Source: Octopus bimaculoides (Eukaryota). Taken from it: DNA of 64,000 bases. The notes under the pieces were generated by a model. The model ran no database searches. It was not told where the DNA came from and saw only the letters and a list, made by a program, of their open reading frames with translations. Of this stretch, positions 38,408 to 51,936 are shown piece by piece. The stretch covers positions 23,329,433 through 23,393,432 of the forward strand of contig NC_068992.1 of assembly GCF_001194135.2 (NCBI RefSeq). The letters run 5' to 3'. Every line of letters begins with the position of its first letter. The first letter of the stretch is position 1. The position numbers and the translations under genes were made by a program.

Positions 38408-39544
38408 GATAGATATATAGATAGATAGATAGATACATGTGTTTGTGTTTGTGTGTGCGTGTGCGAGCGCGCGTGTTGAGAGTCTGTTAGGTCTGTATAT
38501 GCCTGTGTATCTGTGTTTCTGCTTGTCACATCCATCACACTACTTGACACCAAGTATTGAGTTGTTTTTTTTCCTAAATTTAAGAATGCAGAGAATCGAC
38601 TTACTCTTTTAGTCCCCTCAACCAAATATTTATGACTTGATGTACGTTGAAGCACTAGTTGTGAGACTGTAGAGCTAAATATTTTAGCTTTTGTTTCTTA
38701 ATCTCAAATTCAAGTCTTTCAAATGTAATATGCATTTCATTCAATCGAAGTAGACGAAATAAATACCAGTAATATACTGAATTCCACTAATACACCTCTC
38801 TATACAACCTATTGCTTTCTCATTTCAATAATTGCTTAGAAATCAATACTAACTGCAGTTGTAACCTGAAATTTGATGTCATTCGAACAATTTTCTTTAT
38901 TATGTTCCCGATCATCTTCTGACTTATTCCATCACTAGTTTCAATACAACCACGTGGTTCTTGACTATCTTTAACAGAAGCCACACTACTGTAAGCATTT
39001 GCGTAAGTCCTCAATCTGATTAAATTTCGAATGTATTGCCCCAGAAGCCTTAAGCACGTTCCCTACTTTTCCAGATATATAAACATTTAAATTGTGTAGC
39101 CATAAAAGATTATAGTAAAAAAATTTGCAACATCCGTTGTGAACCGAATAATTGATAGCAATATTAGAACACATTATCTAATCCTTTCAGTCGAAATCAA
39201 TGAAATTAGATTAATTATTAAATGAATATGTTGATCTAATTTGTCTCCTGTGAGTGACAATTCCTGTACTCGATACCCTTGTAAATCCTCATCGAAATTA
39301 TACAGTTCGATTAGGAAATGCTATGGAAGTATTCTGTTGTGGAATTTGAAATATAAGTAAATATTTTATCTCTTAATGACAATGTACACGTTATACTCAC
39401 ACTAACTCACTGAGCTTTGAACCTCAATCATTACAACATATTACAAAAACGGAAAATATTTTTGTGAGTTTTGAAAGTTTTTATATTTTTGGCAAGTGGA
39501 TAATCATTCGAAAGTCGAAAAAGTGTTCAGTTTTAAGAATTCCA

Positions 39545-40760
39545 TCAATTATCCATCTATACAAATTTGATCATCATCCCAAATGGATATATTAAAAAAA
39601 AAAAGTCCATTTCGCCGAATTTGTATCAAATTTGTATCAACTGATCAACTGCCTAAATTCGTTGAACTTACTACCGGGTTAACAAGATCCACTTTTACAT
39701 TTAGCAAAATTCCACCAAACACCTAGTTTTGTTGAACTGTCTACTGAGGTAAATTCGGTCAACTGTCCAACTGGATAAATGCAATACACTTTTCATTTAA
39801 GGAACTTTCATCAAATGTTGAACTGGATAAATTCAATCAATTTTTCCATTTTGGCAAGTTCGCACAAATGTCTATATAGGCAAATGCGATCACTTGTCCA
39901 CATGGTTAAATCGATCATCAGCTTATTTAGCCAAATTCAACCAACTAATCATCTCAATAAATTGGATCAACTCCTTAAATAATTAAACCCGTTCAAGACA
40001 CCAGGCAGATTGATTCTTTGAACTGTCCGCCTAGATGAACTTGAACTCCTGTTTAAATTCGATGAACTGCCCATTTACATAAATCCTATCAACTGTCTGT
40101 TTATCATTCTTTGATCAAAAGGTCTATTTAACCGAGATCGATCAGCTTTCAACCTGCTAAAATGCGATCAACTGTCATTTTAGCCAAATTCTATCAACTG
40201 TCTATTTTTGCAAATTCCTTCAGCTGTCCACCTACTTAAAGTCGATCATCTGTCTATTTTGGCGTATTCGATCAATTATAAATTCAATTAACTGTTCACA
40301 TGAATGAATTCTATATACTGTTCATTGTGCTATATTCGATCAACTGCTCATCGTGCTAAATATTCTCAACTGCCCATTAAAAGAAATCCAATCAACTGTT
40401 CATTGAGCTCAAGTGGGTCAACTGTCATTTTAACCAAATTCGATCAACTTCTCCACCTGACTATATACTATCATCTGTCCACTTTGTAGTATTTATTGAA
40501 CTGTTCATTTAACCAAATTCTATCAACTGCCCATTTACCAAAATTAGATCAACGATGTACCAGACTGAAGTAAATCAACTCTGCAACTGTCTAAATTCGA
40601 AGTGTTGCCCACCTGGCTAAATTCAACAGTACATTTAACCAAATTGGACCATCTATCAACATGATCAAATGCGATCAGTTGTACATTCAATCAAATTTAC
40701 ACGACTTTCCGCAAAATCAAATTCGTTTAATTGTCTAATAAGCCAAAGTGTCTAATAAAG
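39545..40760. repeat. Diverged 26-bp tandem array, consensus ~AAATTCGATCAACTGTCCATTTAGCC
   Basis: Units counted by hand start at 40160, 40186, 40212, 40238, 40280, 40306, 40332, 40358, 40384, 40410, 40436, 40463, 40489, 40515 and 40541. Confidence 0.88.
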
Positions 40761-40866
40761 CCAAACTACGCACTTGGCCATATCCGATTAAAAGTCCGCA
40801 CAAGTCTATCATAAAAAGAAACGCTATGTCAGAATCCGTTTGAATCCCGGTTGTTCATTTTGTTGC

Positions 40867-41100
40867 ATGAAAACTCTCGTAATCTTGGCATGTACGAAGA
40901 ATATTATAAACTATTTGGAAGAATTAGATATACATTGTCCCTTGAAGGTCAACACAATCTTTCCTATATTATATAACAATATCATGTGGCAACAAGCCTT
41001 ATTTTTATAAGAAAATTTCTCAGACAGAAACAAAGTAGAATTTCAAGAGTGTGGGAAGGTCATTGATGAGGTCACGAATAACAACGAAACGATTCTAACA
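40867..41100 (+). mobile_element. Possible Penelope GIY-YIG C-terminal remnant plus hammerhead-like motif
   Basis: TLVILACTKNIINYLEELDIHCPLKVN (cf. FxIL...LxxLExLxI...PxLN), followed by TTGATGAG...CGAAACG at 41063-41091. Confidence 0.35.
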
Positions 41101-42511
41101 GAAAACTAACAACCGGATGATTGCTCAATCTAGATATTAAACAAACAATTGTATAGAGTTAATTGGTAAAATAAAGAAATGGCATTGAAGCAGTGCGTGT
41201 GATTATTTTAACTTTTATTAGCACCCGTAGACATAACCTCTTTACTAGGAGTTGTGACGTAATTTAATTAAAATAATTACTACTGTATCTTGATATCACG
41301 AACTGCACTAATTTTTAATATGAAATACATTCCAATATTTAAAAGTATTATAATACGGTTTATTGAGTGTATTAATTGTACTGAAACTAAGAACAATAAT
41401 TACAATATTTTATAATATTTATTTGTAATAAAAAGTAATTTTTGCAATAAATATGTTAGTAATAAATATTAACAACTTTAATTAAACTAGCTTTAATAGA
41501 CAAAAGGTTATTTATAAATTCCACCATAAAATATTTTCTTTTTAGATATTAAAGAGAATCTGGAAAAAGTAAAACACCACATTACAAAATATCAATAAAT
41601 TCATATTTATTCTTAATTTTCATTTATTATATTACTCATTATTAGCGCCTAAATTGAGATGCTTGTGATAATGTTTAAACAACGATAAATTCCTAAATTA
41701 TGTTATACATAGTTTATCGTGCTTGTGCCAATACATTTTAGAAATGATCTTGAATTAAATATACTTTAAACATTAATTCAATTAATTGTGTTTAAATTAT
41801 ACCCATGTAAATTATACCTAGTACTGTAAATATTGTTAAATGTCTTTTGATGATTCATAGGGCGTCTATAAAATTACTTCTCTCTTTACATAATGTACCT
41901 AATAAGTTTTAGTATTTCTAATTCATTCTATGCTAATTCTTCTAGATTCTATTTATTGCACTTAAACCACAAACATATATCAGACTGAACTATCACATAA
42001 CTACACCTTATTGTGGAGTATGATACTATTTATCACTTTTATAACTTTCTTTTCTTATATCATTCACATTTTGAATGAATATGTAGTACGGGGCACATAC
42101 ATATACATACCTTTGTCTTTCAACGCACATAGTAGAAAGGTACGAGCTGGTGATGGAGTCTTGACAGGTTTCATAACACACACTATGTCTCCAAGAAATA
42201 TTTAGGCTTTCAGGACGTGGCCTCTTCAATTTACAAATCAGGACGATATAACAAGAGAGATCGAATTGGATAAACAGTGTAGTTGGATTCATGACGGTCG
42301 ATGTATTATACCCCCCCCCCTATTTGATACCTATAATATTGTACCTGAAGATAATGGATTATATATTATAATTTATGTATGAACACATCAATAGAATTCT
42401 CCAGAAACAACTGCCGTAAAATGTTAACCTGATTTTTTTTTGTTTGTATGTATATATAAATACACACACGCGCGCGCACACACACATATATTTACATATA
42501 TATATATATAT

Positions 42512-42786
42512 ATATATATCGCGTGATCACATGACCAGCCAGACTATCAGATGTTGTTACTTATTGCTGGTCACAATGCACTTTACAATGTTTTAGACTT
42601 CAAATAACGCCATCCCGCTGGCTAGGCGAGCAGGCCTATACTCCCCCTTGATCGAAAGAGGACTGGAGCTAAGTGAAAGGTAGTGTTTTGCTCAAGAACA
42701 CAGCGCGCCACCCAGTCTGGGAATGGAACTTACGATCGCTAGATCGTGAGTACAACAGCCTTACCACTAAGCCACGTGCCTTCACG
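42512..42786 (-). mobile_element. SINE family D
   Basis: Reverse-complement head GTGAAGGCACGTGGCTTAGTGGTAAGG...; TGTTTTGCTCAAGAACACAGCGCG and GGACTGGAGC shared with 29340. Confidence 0.8.
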
Positions 42787-44256
42787 CACACATGCATAGT
42801 CACACATATTTGTACAACCCCTGAACCATTGGCTTAATTCGTTGCAGGAACTGCTGAGTTGAACCACACTACTTCCTATTCGAAATGAACCTTGTTACAA
42901 CACTTGATGTCCAGCTATCGAATCATATTTCGGTAATAATACATATGTCATTAGATCATACTTCTTCACACTTTCATATGTCGCGGCTCTCTCTGACCTA
43001 TAATATTAATAGAATTAATTAGAAATAGATTCGATTAATATCTACACCCAATGTCATCATTGTCATGTATTTTATAAAGTTTCAATTATATCTAAATTAT
43101 ATAACCAGCTAGACTGTAGCAGTCATAAAATCTTACTTAAATCTTAATTATACGTATATTAGTGGGTAATAACGTTGTAATAATATTATTGCGATATTTT
43201 ATTTTATATCAAATTTGTTAAATTCTGCATAACCAGCACTCTTCATATGATACTAAAGCAAATTATAAAATAGAGGTGAGTTGTATCTCAGATATACAGA
43301 CAATCAATAAAATATAATTATATAATTGCCAGTCATTTCATATATACGTAGCATCAATATTTTCGTTTGAAATATATCAGTATATTACATTTTGTTTCAT
43401 TAAATATATTTATTTCTTTTTATCTCAACGCATAATTTTTCTCCTTTCATATATGATTTCGAATGTTTTAACCAGTTTCAAACGATGCTCGTTTCTTTCA
43501 AAATTGCAATAGAATGATACAAACCATAACGTAACAGAAAAGTTTGTTTCTGCAGACAGTTGTGAAATTTTATTCTGTATTCAGCATCTTAAAGTTATAA
43601 CTGTCGAAGCGTCGGCAAACCAAGCACCCGCATCCATATCCGGTATCTTCATAGCATTCACTTTGTCATGAATACATCATCAATCAAAACCAGACATGAC
43701 AAAATACAATCTAGGGTGTACACAAGATTGACATCTCATCTGATAGTTTGCTAGTATGAATCATGCTCAAGAAAAACTAAAGAAATAAACGTAAACAGAA
43801 GACCGACTAAATATGGTCGCTTACTGTATTTGTAGCAATCGATTACTTTGATATCTGCATAAGGTTATATTCTCTAAATTAAATTTAAAAGATGTATCAT
43901 TCGTAAATCTAAATTTCTAAGAGGAACACATAATAGGATTTTACTATCGATTCTTGAAATATATTCAATTAGTGGAAAGATAAATTAAGACAAATATCAT
44001 TCAGGTGTTATATATATTTGAAATAGATAAGAAAAAAAGTGGATAGTGCAAGTTTAAGTATTATTTGCTTTTATTGTTAAATTACAAACACACAAACACC
44101 CCCCCCCCACACACACACACATATACACACATACACACACACACACATATATACACACACACACACAAATACTTCTAGACGTGCAAGTATATTTGAATGC
44201 GTTTGTCTACGTGTATGTGAGTGGAGTGTGATCCAACAGCAAAGCGAAAAATACTT

Positions 44257-44295
<39 letters not shown>

Positions 44296-44376
44296 TTTAC
44301 ATATATAGATATATATGTGTGTGTGTGTATACGGAGGGAGAAAGAGGGGTATAGAGAGAGAAAGAGAGAGAGAGAA

Positions 44377-44407
<31 letters not shown>

Positions 44408-44685
44408 AAGAGAGAGAGAGGGAGAGATCAATTCATAGATAGGGAGATAGATGTAGAAGCAGATAGATTGACAAAGACTTAGATTTTGGAGAAGTACTTG
44501 TCTGGGAATATCTGAAAGCATTTATAGTAAGTCTTCCTACACACTGGTCTCATTCTACGAGTATAGTATATGAAAGAGTAAATATATGTGGTATCATAAA
44601 GATGTTCTCGAACAGCGTTTACGCATATCATTCACAAAGAACAAGATATTTATTCACTTGATCGGTAACAACACACACATACATA

Positions 44686-45570
44686 CGAGATGGTATGAAA
44701 GTTTTTCAGGACCAGTTCTGTAGCGTGCCAACAGATGACAGCATAAGGTTGCGTGGGCAATGAAAGCTAGCAGTGAACTTCGTGAGGCAGTGTGCCGAGT
44801 GACGTTGCTGCGTTTACTGAACAAGTTGTGAAATTTGTGTGTTTGTGATCACGTGTATGGTGTACTGTGCGATTTTTCATGGATGGGAACAGAGCCAACG
44901 TGAAATTTTAGGTTAACTTTGGGTAGTCTGCTACAGAGACATTCAGCATGCTTTGGAAAGCTTACAGCGACGATGCAATGAGTCGCACGTAATGTTTCGA
45001 GTGGCACTGGCTATTCAAAAGTGGAAGGACTTCCTTAGAAGTCAACGAACGGTTTGGAAAACCTACCACGAGCGTCACACCCGGAAACGTGGTATTGTAC
45101 TTCGGGTATTCAACCCCCACAGCCAAACCATCAATCGAGAGTTGTGCTGCCACGCTTCCAAGCATTTGAGAGAGGACATTCGGTGAAAGAGACGAATCTT
45201 TTAAGCACAACGACTTGAATTCTTCACCGATCTCTCCTCACTCCTGGGTTTATCGCCAAAAAAAAAAAAAACGACATATTAACGTTTCCGCAACCGCCAT
45301 ATCCACCAAATTTAGCACCTGAAGATTTTCATCTCATCTCGAAGAAGATTGTATAGCCCAAGGATCACCATTTTCGTACCGTTGTCGAGATCCAGAGCAA
45401 GATGCAGAGGGTTCTCGACTCGTTTAAAGACAACCAGTTCCAGGCCAGATTCCAAACGTGGCGGGAACGCTGAGGACGGTGTATTGCAAGGTGACTAATT
45501 CAAACAAGATGATGTTAAAACTCGGGCAAAGAAGTTATTTCTCATTAAACAAAACTAATCTGGGAGAAGA
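44686..45570 (+). mobile_element. Internally deleted mariner transposon (DD34D-type)
   Basis: TA-CGAG start. NRANVKF...SATETFSMLWKAYSDDAMSRT*CFEWHWLFKSGRTSLEVNERFGKP, then a deletion, then GIVLRVFNPHSQTINRE...LREDIR*KR...QPPYPPNLAPEDFHL...FQTWRER*GRCIA. Confidence 0.85.
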
Positions 45571-45610
45571 TCAGGTAGACAGAAACTGAGAGAAGCTCAT
45601 CGTATATATA

Positions 45611-46017
45611 TACTCTTTTACTTGTTTCAGTCATTTGATGCGGCCATGCTGGAATACCGCCATTAAGCGAACACATCGACACCAGGAATTTTCTTTTCAA
45701 GCCTAGTACTTATTCTATTCAAGCCTAGTACTTAGTCTTTTGACAAACCGCTAGATTACGAGGGCGTAGACAAACCACCATCGGTCGTTAATCGATGGTG
45801 GGTGTACAAACAGAAACACACAAACACATAGACACACACATATAGAAAGAGATACGATGGGCTACTTTCAGTTTCCGGCTACCAAATCCACTCACAAGGC
45901 TTTGGTCCGCCTGAGGCTACAGTAGAAGACACTCGCCAAAAGTGCCACACTTTGGGACTGAACCCGGAACCATGTGGTTAGTAAGCAAGCAACTTACTAC
46001 GCAGCCACTCCTGCGCC
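45611..46017 (-). mobile_element. Full-length SINE family A
   Basis: Reverse complement of the 2582-2995 copy, with an internal 22-bp duplication AAGCCTAGTACTTA at ~45700-45735. Confidence 0.88.
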
Positions 46018-46019
46018 TT

Positions 46020-46039
<20 letters not shown>

Positions 46040-46051
<12 letters not shown>

Positions 46052-46165
46052 CATGCGTGTGTTTATATGTATGTGTCTGTGTTTCCTCACCCACCCATCA
46101 TCGCTTCACAGACGATGTTGGTGGGTTTACGGACCGTAACTTAGTGATTCGTCAAAGACTCCGAT
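46040..46165 (+). mobile_element. SINE family A, 3' fragment
   Basis: CATCGCTTCACAGACGATGTTGGTGGGTTTACGGACCGTAACTTAGTGATTCG. Confidence 0.6.
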
Positions 46166-46191
46166 AGTATAAATTTCGGGCTTACGAAAAA

Positions 46192-46269
46192 AAGTCATGG
46201 GGTAATGGTTAAGTGCGTTGGCTACGAACACCAAGATTCCGAGTTCGATTCCAGGCAGTGACCACAATG

Positions 46270-46331
<62 letters not shown>

Positions 46332-46341
46332 AATAACAACA

Positions 46342-46392
<51 letters not shown>

Positions 46393-46570
46393 TCGAAAAA
46401 TACCTTAGGAAGGAGAAACCAAGTTCGAAATTTCTCAAAGACAATTGATTTAGGCTGGAGGGTATATCAGCCGAAACGCTGTGTTAACAACAAACAAGAT
46501 GAGGACAAATATTCGTGAAATGTAAATAATGTAAATAATGTACATAGTTCCGTATCTCTTAAATATAGAA
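46192..46570 (+). mobile_element. Composite: tRNA-like head, (AAT)n and Penelope-like tail with a hammerhead-like fold
   Basis: TAATGGTTAAG (A-box region) and GTTCGATTCC (B-box, 46243). (AAT)n at 46266-46391. GACAA-TTGATTT-A-GGCTG/CAGCC-GAAAC-GCT-GTGTT at 46440-46485. Confidence 0.5.
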
Positions 46571-46634
46571 CTGAACAGGCAAGTGCTCCAGGATGGCAGC
46601 AATTAAATAGCCGAAACAAGTAAAAGGACATATA

Positions 46635-47290
46635 CAGTGTGCGATGGGTTAATGGTTGGCACATTAGGTCTTTATTTTAGCGCATGCGCACTGCTTGTTT
46701 TTGAATTTGCCGACTACACAGTATAGTAGGGTCAGTCGGTTGGGCACCGTCTATGGGTAAACAGCACCCTGACACAATTCACTCTGCCAGAAATTTTGGA
46801 AACGACGTCCTATACTGCTTGGCATTCGCACCGGAAACTCCAATACGAACATTTCAGAGTGTTTGGATATCAATCTGAAGAGATGTACCGAGAGTGATAA
46901 AGATCAAACATCCCGTCAACATCATGGTGTTAGGAGTGATCGCTAGTGATGGCGACGTTATGCTTCCATTCATCTTCCAACACGGCTTCAGACTCAGCAC
47001 AAAGGCCTACATCAAATACCTGGTGGTGGTAAAGCTGCCCTGAATCAAGAATGTGGCTAATGTAAGACCCTCTGACTGGCAACAGGACTCTGCACCATGC
47101 CATACAAGTAAGAGAACCCAGTGATGGCTGTTAGACAATTTCTGCGACCACAGCAGCCCTACCATCTTGCTACCTAACTCTCCAGACTGCGACCCCCATG
47201 ATTATTAAGTTTGGAGTACAGTTGAGTGATAGATCAACACAATTTCTTGTAACACCAAGGCAAAGATTATGGCAGCATTCACTATTTTGC
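46635..47290 (+). mobile_element. Internally deleted maT/DD37D transposon
   Basis: DVPRVIKIKHPVNIMVLGVIASDGDVMLPFIF...WQQDSAPCHTSKRTQ*WLLDNFCDH...PNSPDCDPHDY*VW. There are exactly 37 residues between the QQD aspartate and the PHD aspartate. Confidence 0.88.
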
Positions 47291-49540
47291 GTAGTTTAGA
47301 CCCTAATATATACACCACAACGTTAAACTCTACATGTTTCTTTTCATTTTCTCTGTGTTTGTTATATATATTTTCAACACTCACTCGTATACGTTTGTGT
47401 TGCAAGCAGAGTGGCTGTTGTCATTCTCATAGGTACCACACACATCGTAATCCAAGCGGTTACAATCGGGGAAATTAAGTTGCCAGACCAGAAATTGGGG
47501 CTAGTGAAGCCATAGATATTTACCGACAAGCACTGCTCGTTCCTTCCGCAGATATAACGGCGAGGTAAATCCTGCTACTACACATATTGCCTTCAATCAG
47601 CAACACTCTCCAAGAAGGTTCTGACTACAGTCTCCACCTGCTATACAAAGACATCTAAATTGAGGGTAGGTCAACGTTCATCTGTTGTTTGACAAATACC
47701 GTGGTGCGGACCCAATCATAATAATGGTGTTTCACTTACTGTCGGTCATGGCTGCGTTATATCCATTACAGATAACAATTTTACGTCTTACAATCTTTAT
47801 AGTCTTCACAAAGCATTGAGTTGGAATATATGTATATATGTATATNNNNNNNNNNNNNNNNNNNNNNNNNNNNNNNNNNNNNNNNNNNNNNNNNNNNNNN
47901 NNNNNNNNNNNNNNNNNNNNNNNNNNNNNNNNNNNNNNNNNNNNNNNNNNNNNNNNNNNNNNNNNNNNNNNNNNNNNNNNNNNNNNNNNNNNNNNNNNNN
48001 NNNNNNNNNNNNNNNNNNNNNNNNNNNNNNNNNNNNNNNNNNNNNNNNNNNNNNNNNNNNNNNNNNNNNNNNNNNNNNNNNNNNNNNNNNNNNNNNNNNN
48101 NNNNNNNNNNNNNNNNNNNNNNNNNNNNNNNNNNNNNNNNNNNNNNNNNNNNNNNNNNNNNNNNNNNNNNNNNNNNNNNNNNNNNNNNNNNNNNNNNNNN
48201 NNNNNNNNNNNNNNNNNNNNNNNNNNNNNNNNNNNNNNNNNNNNNNNNNNNNNNNNNNNNNNNNNNNNNNNNNNNNNNNNNNNNNNNNNNNNNNNNNNNN
48301 NNNNNNNNNNNNNNNNNNNNNNNNNNNNNNNNNNNNNNNNNNNNNNNNNNNNNNNNNNNNNNNNNNNNNNNNNNNNNNNNNNNNNNNNNNNNNNNNNNNN
48401 NNNNNNNNNNNNNNNNNNNNNNNNNNNNNNNNNNNNNNNNNNNNNNNNNNNNNNNNNNNNNNNNNNNNNNNNNNNNNNNNNNNNNNNNNNNNNNNNNNNN
48501 NNNNNNNNNNNNNNNNNNNNNNNNNNNNNNNNNNNNNNNNNNNNNNNNNNNNNNNNNNNNNNNNNNNNNNNNNNNNNNNNNNNNNNNNNNNNNNNNNNNN
48601 NNNNNNNNNNNNNNNNNNNNNNNNNNNNNNNNNNNNNNNNNNNNNNNNNNNNNNNNNNNNNNNNNNNNNNNNNNNNNNNNNNNNNNNNNNNNNNNNNNNN
48701 NNNNNNNNNNNNNNNNNNNNNNNNNNNNNNNNNNNNNNNNNNNATATATTCATGCACAGACATGCATATATGCATAATTGTACAAGAGCGTTTGTACCCA
48801 GGTGTGTGTATGTGCGAGTGTGTGTGAGTATGTGGTTTAGTGCTTTAATCAAATTGATTTTCAATCTTTTTATCAATTTTGGTTTCAATCTTCTATATAG
48901 CACTACCAGTTCTGTGAAACAATAATGATCCTTAATTTCATGGTTTCGGATATTTTTAGACAATCTGTCTCTCAGCATCCAAATATGGAGTGCTACTGTT
49001 TAGTATAGCACTTTTTAAGAGTAGGTGACAATCATTTACGCAGATTTTTGAGAAAATGTGAACTGTAGTCTTCTACACAACAAAATACAATTTTGATTGC
49101 TATACTTATATCAAACAGGTGTACATCTTGCTTGCGACGCGTGTATGTCTCCGTTGCGTTTACATTAGCTTTTTTTTAGGTGATACGAACAGTGTTTCCC
49201 AAACTCAACTATTTTGCGGGAAATTCTGTAGAAAATGTTTATATTTTTTATTGATATTTTCCTATAAGAAGTACATTTTTATGATGCGTAATGAATTTTG
49301 TTGCAGATGCTCCTTCTAAGTGCATGAAGAGTCTACGAGTTTGCAGTCTGTTTGAACATCCAATGTAACACATCGAAAGAGATTTTATATATATATATAT
49401 ATACATATATATATGGAGAGAGAGGGAGAGCTACATAAATAGATAGGTTTTGTGTGTGTAGATATGCGCATATATATATATTATATATATATGTGCATAT
49501 GTATAGTATATATATGCGCGCACATACACACACACACACG

Positions 49541-49585
<45 letters not shown>

Positions 49586-50152
49586 GAGTGGATAAACGGA
49601 AGAAGAGCACTCAACAAATTTATTGGGACATACATTTATAGATCAAATCACACACCAATTCAGCCGCTTTAATCGTTTTGGAAAATAAGTTCCCAATTCT
49701 CTGCGAAATGGCCGTATTAATTGAAATGACGCGAAAAACCTGAAACATTCGTAAATTTATTTACTGTTTTCAGCGGTGAACGTACAAACAAGCAATGCAA
49801 CTTTGCATTTTACAAGTATATATATANNNNNNNNNNNNNNNNNNNNNNNNNNNNNNNNNNNNNNNNNNNNNNNNNNNNNNNNNNNNNNNNNNNNNNNNNN
49901 NNNNNNNNNNNNNNNNNNNNNNNNNNNNNNNNNNNNNNNNNNNNNNNNNNNNNNNNNNNNNNNNNNNNNNNNNNNNNNNNNNNNNNNNNNNNNNNNNNNN
50001 NNNNNNNNNNNNNNNNNNNNNNNNNNNNNNNNNNNNNNNNNNNNNNNNNNNNNNNNNNNNNNNNNNNNNNNNNNNNNNNNNNNNNNNNNNNNNNNNNNNN
50101 NNNNNNNNNNNNNNNNNNNNNNNNNNNNNNNNNNNNNNNNNNNNNNNNNNNN

Positions 50153-50191
<39 letters not shown>

Positions 50192-51801
50192 CATACATAT
50201 TTCTGCATTTGTGCGTGTGCGTGTATCGGTTGGTAATGTGATTATCTGTTTGAGATTGTGTGCGCGCGTGAGTAAAGAAATGTGTATCTTAGAAAAGTAT
50301 TTATATAATGAACAACATTCCATGCCTGATATAGCTGGATGTGAATTTGATTCATTGCAAGCAGACTGAAGTGAGCAGGTGCAGCGCAAGTATAAAGACA
50401 GTTACATCGGAAATTTAATGATATATGGACCATATTATGTATTATGTTATATCATATATTATGTATTTAAACAAATAACAGATTCAAACAATAAATAATT
50501 ACACAAACAAAAACCATGCAAGATTTAATAATCAGCCGTTATGTACATATATAAATCAGCTGACACATCGATTTGTTTTCCATTGTCATATCAATTTGAT
50601 TTCTGGCATCAATCTAAACTAAATCTGAAATTTACCTGGCAGTAACTGAGTTTTATGTATTATTTAATGCACTTCCAATTGATGGCAAATTCAGTTCTTG
50701 AGACAATATAGCTGTTAACAGATGTCGTTCAGGGTTCCCTAAGGGCAATATGTCTTCATTAACATCACATATGCTTCGCTATTAGTTTAAACGGTAGCCT
50801 TGTGTACAATCTCAGTTAGGCTCTGTTGATCATGTTTACAACCTCCAAGTGCATCACAAAGGAAATAAACCTGATTAAAGAGGCATGATGGATATATTAA
50901 TAATTAAGCAACTAAATAACACAACATAAATCCCTCGAATGCTTTATTGATAACGATTTCTCATTAGATGATACAAAGGGATTCCTGCGAGGATACTTAC
51001 TGAAAAGATCCATTGAAAATGTTCTGTGTTGCATTGATAATCAAATAATTACTTAGCTATTTGCGTTTAGTGTTCAAGATTATGGGATATAATCAACAAG
51101 GAGAATGTGATTTTATCACAAATGGTTGGTGTAAATGATTTAAACTCTAGAATCTATATATATGATAACTATTATATGCTCAATTCAAGCAGAAATTGTA
51201 GATGCATTACTATTTAATTACATCTCGCTACAAAATCTTGTCGTGTATCGACATAATCTGAAATCTGAAGCTTTTATCAAACGATACATTTTTATATGGA
51301 GTCTCGAAACGAATCTTATATTCTTTTGATTATACAGGTCATATAGCCGAATGTATGGCGGTTAGGTTACATTTCACAGCACTTGACTATGATAAACTAA
51401 ACTTGTCCATTAAGATTATATTAATCAAGCCAGCAAAGCCTGAGTAAGATATAATTAAGAAACGATTATTAGAAAAACACCGTTTTAAAAGATTAGAAGT
51501 ATTGGAAGCTTTTGTGTGATACAAAAGAAGAAAATGGTAGGTTCCCAACATAGCTGGATTTTATTCTTCAATTGCAAAGACGTTGTTAATGAAGGTCCTA
51601 GATTTTGTGAAAACTGTATCTGATAAAAGCGAGTCGTAAATTAATGGGATTAATGTAATTATGATGCCAAGAAAATTATTCCTGTTTTTAGATAAATATA
51701 CGAGGACATAGAAAAGCGGAGGGAAATTGTTGAATTTGTGGATGGAGTTTTTGACTTCGGTAAAGTAAGTGAAATTGAGAGACAGGCACACACACAGATG
51801 C

Positions 51802-51873
<72 letters not shown>

Positions 51874-51936
51874 TTATTGTGACAGAACTGTCTGATTCCT
51901 GCAGTAGCTTGTGGTTTATATCGTGATGATGACATA

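Noticed and set aside
38820-39174. Helitron/PIF1 helicase remnant (SG..LK..GAIHSKF)
   Set aside because: Only a spacing resemblance; no Walker A or DE motif is recoverable.
39545-40760. CRISPR array or repeat-protein gene
   Set aside because: Units are contiguous and degenerate with no unique spacers, no cas genes are present, the context is eukaryotic, and a 26-bp period cannot hold a reading frame.
46192-46262. Functional tRNA gene (also the heads at 14639, 29753, 29400 and 42720)
   Set aside because: A/B boxes are present but I see no complete cloverleaf or acceptor stem, and no oligo-T terminator; they continue into SINE bodies.
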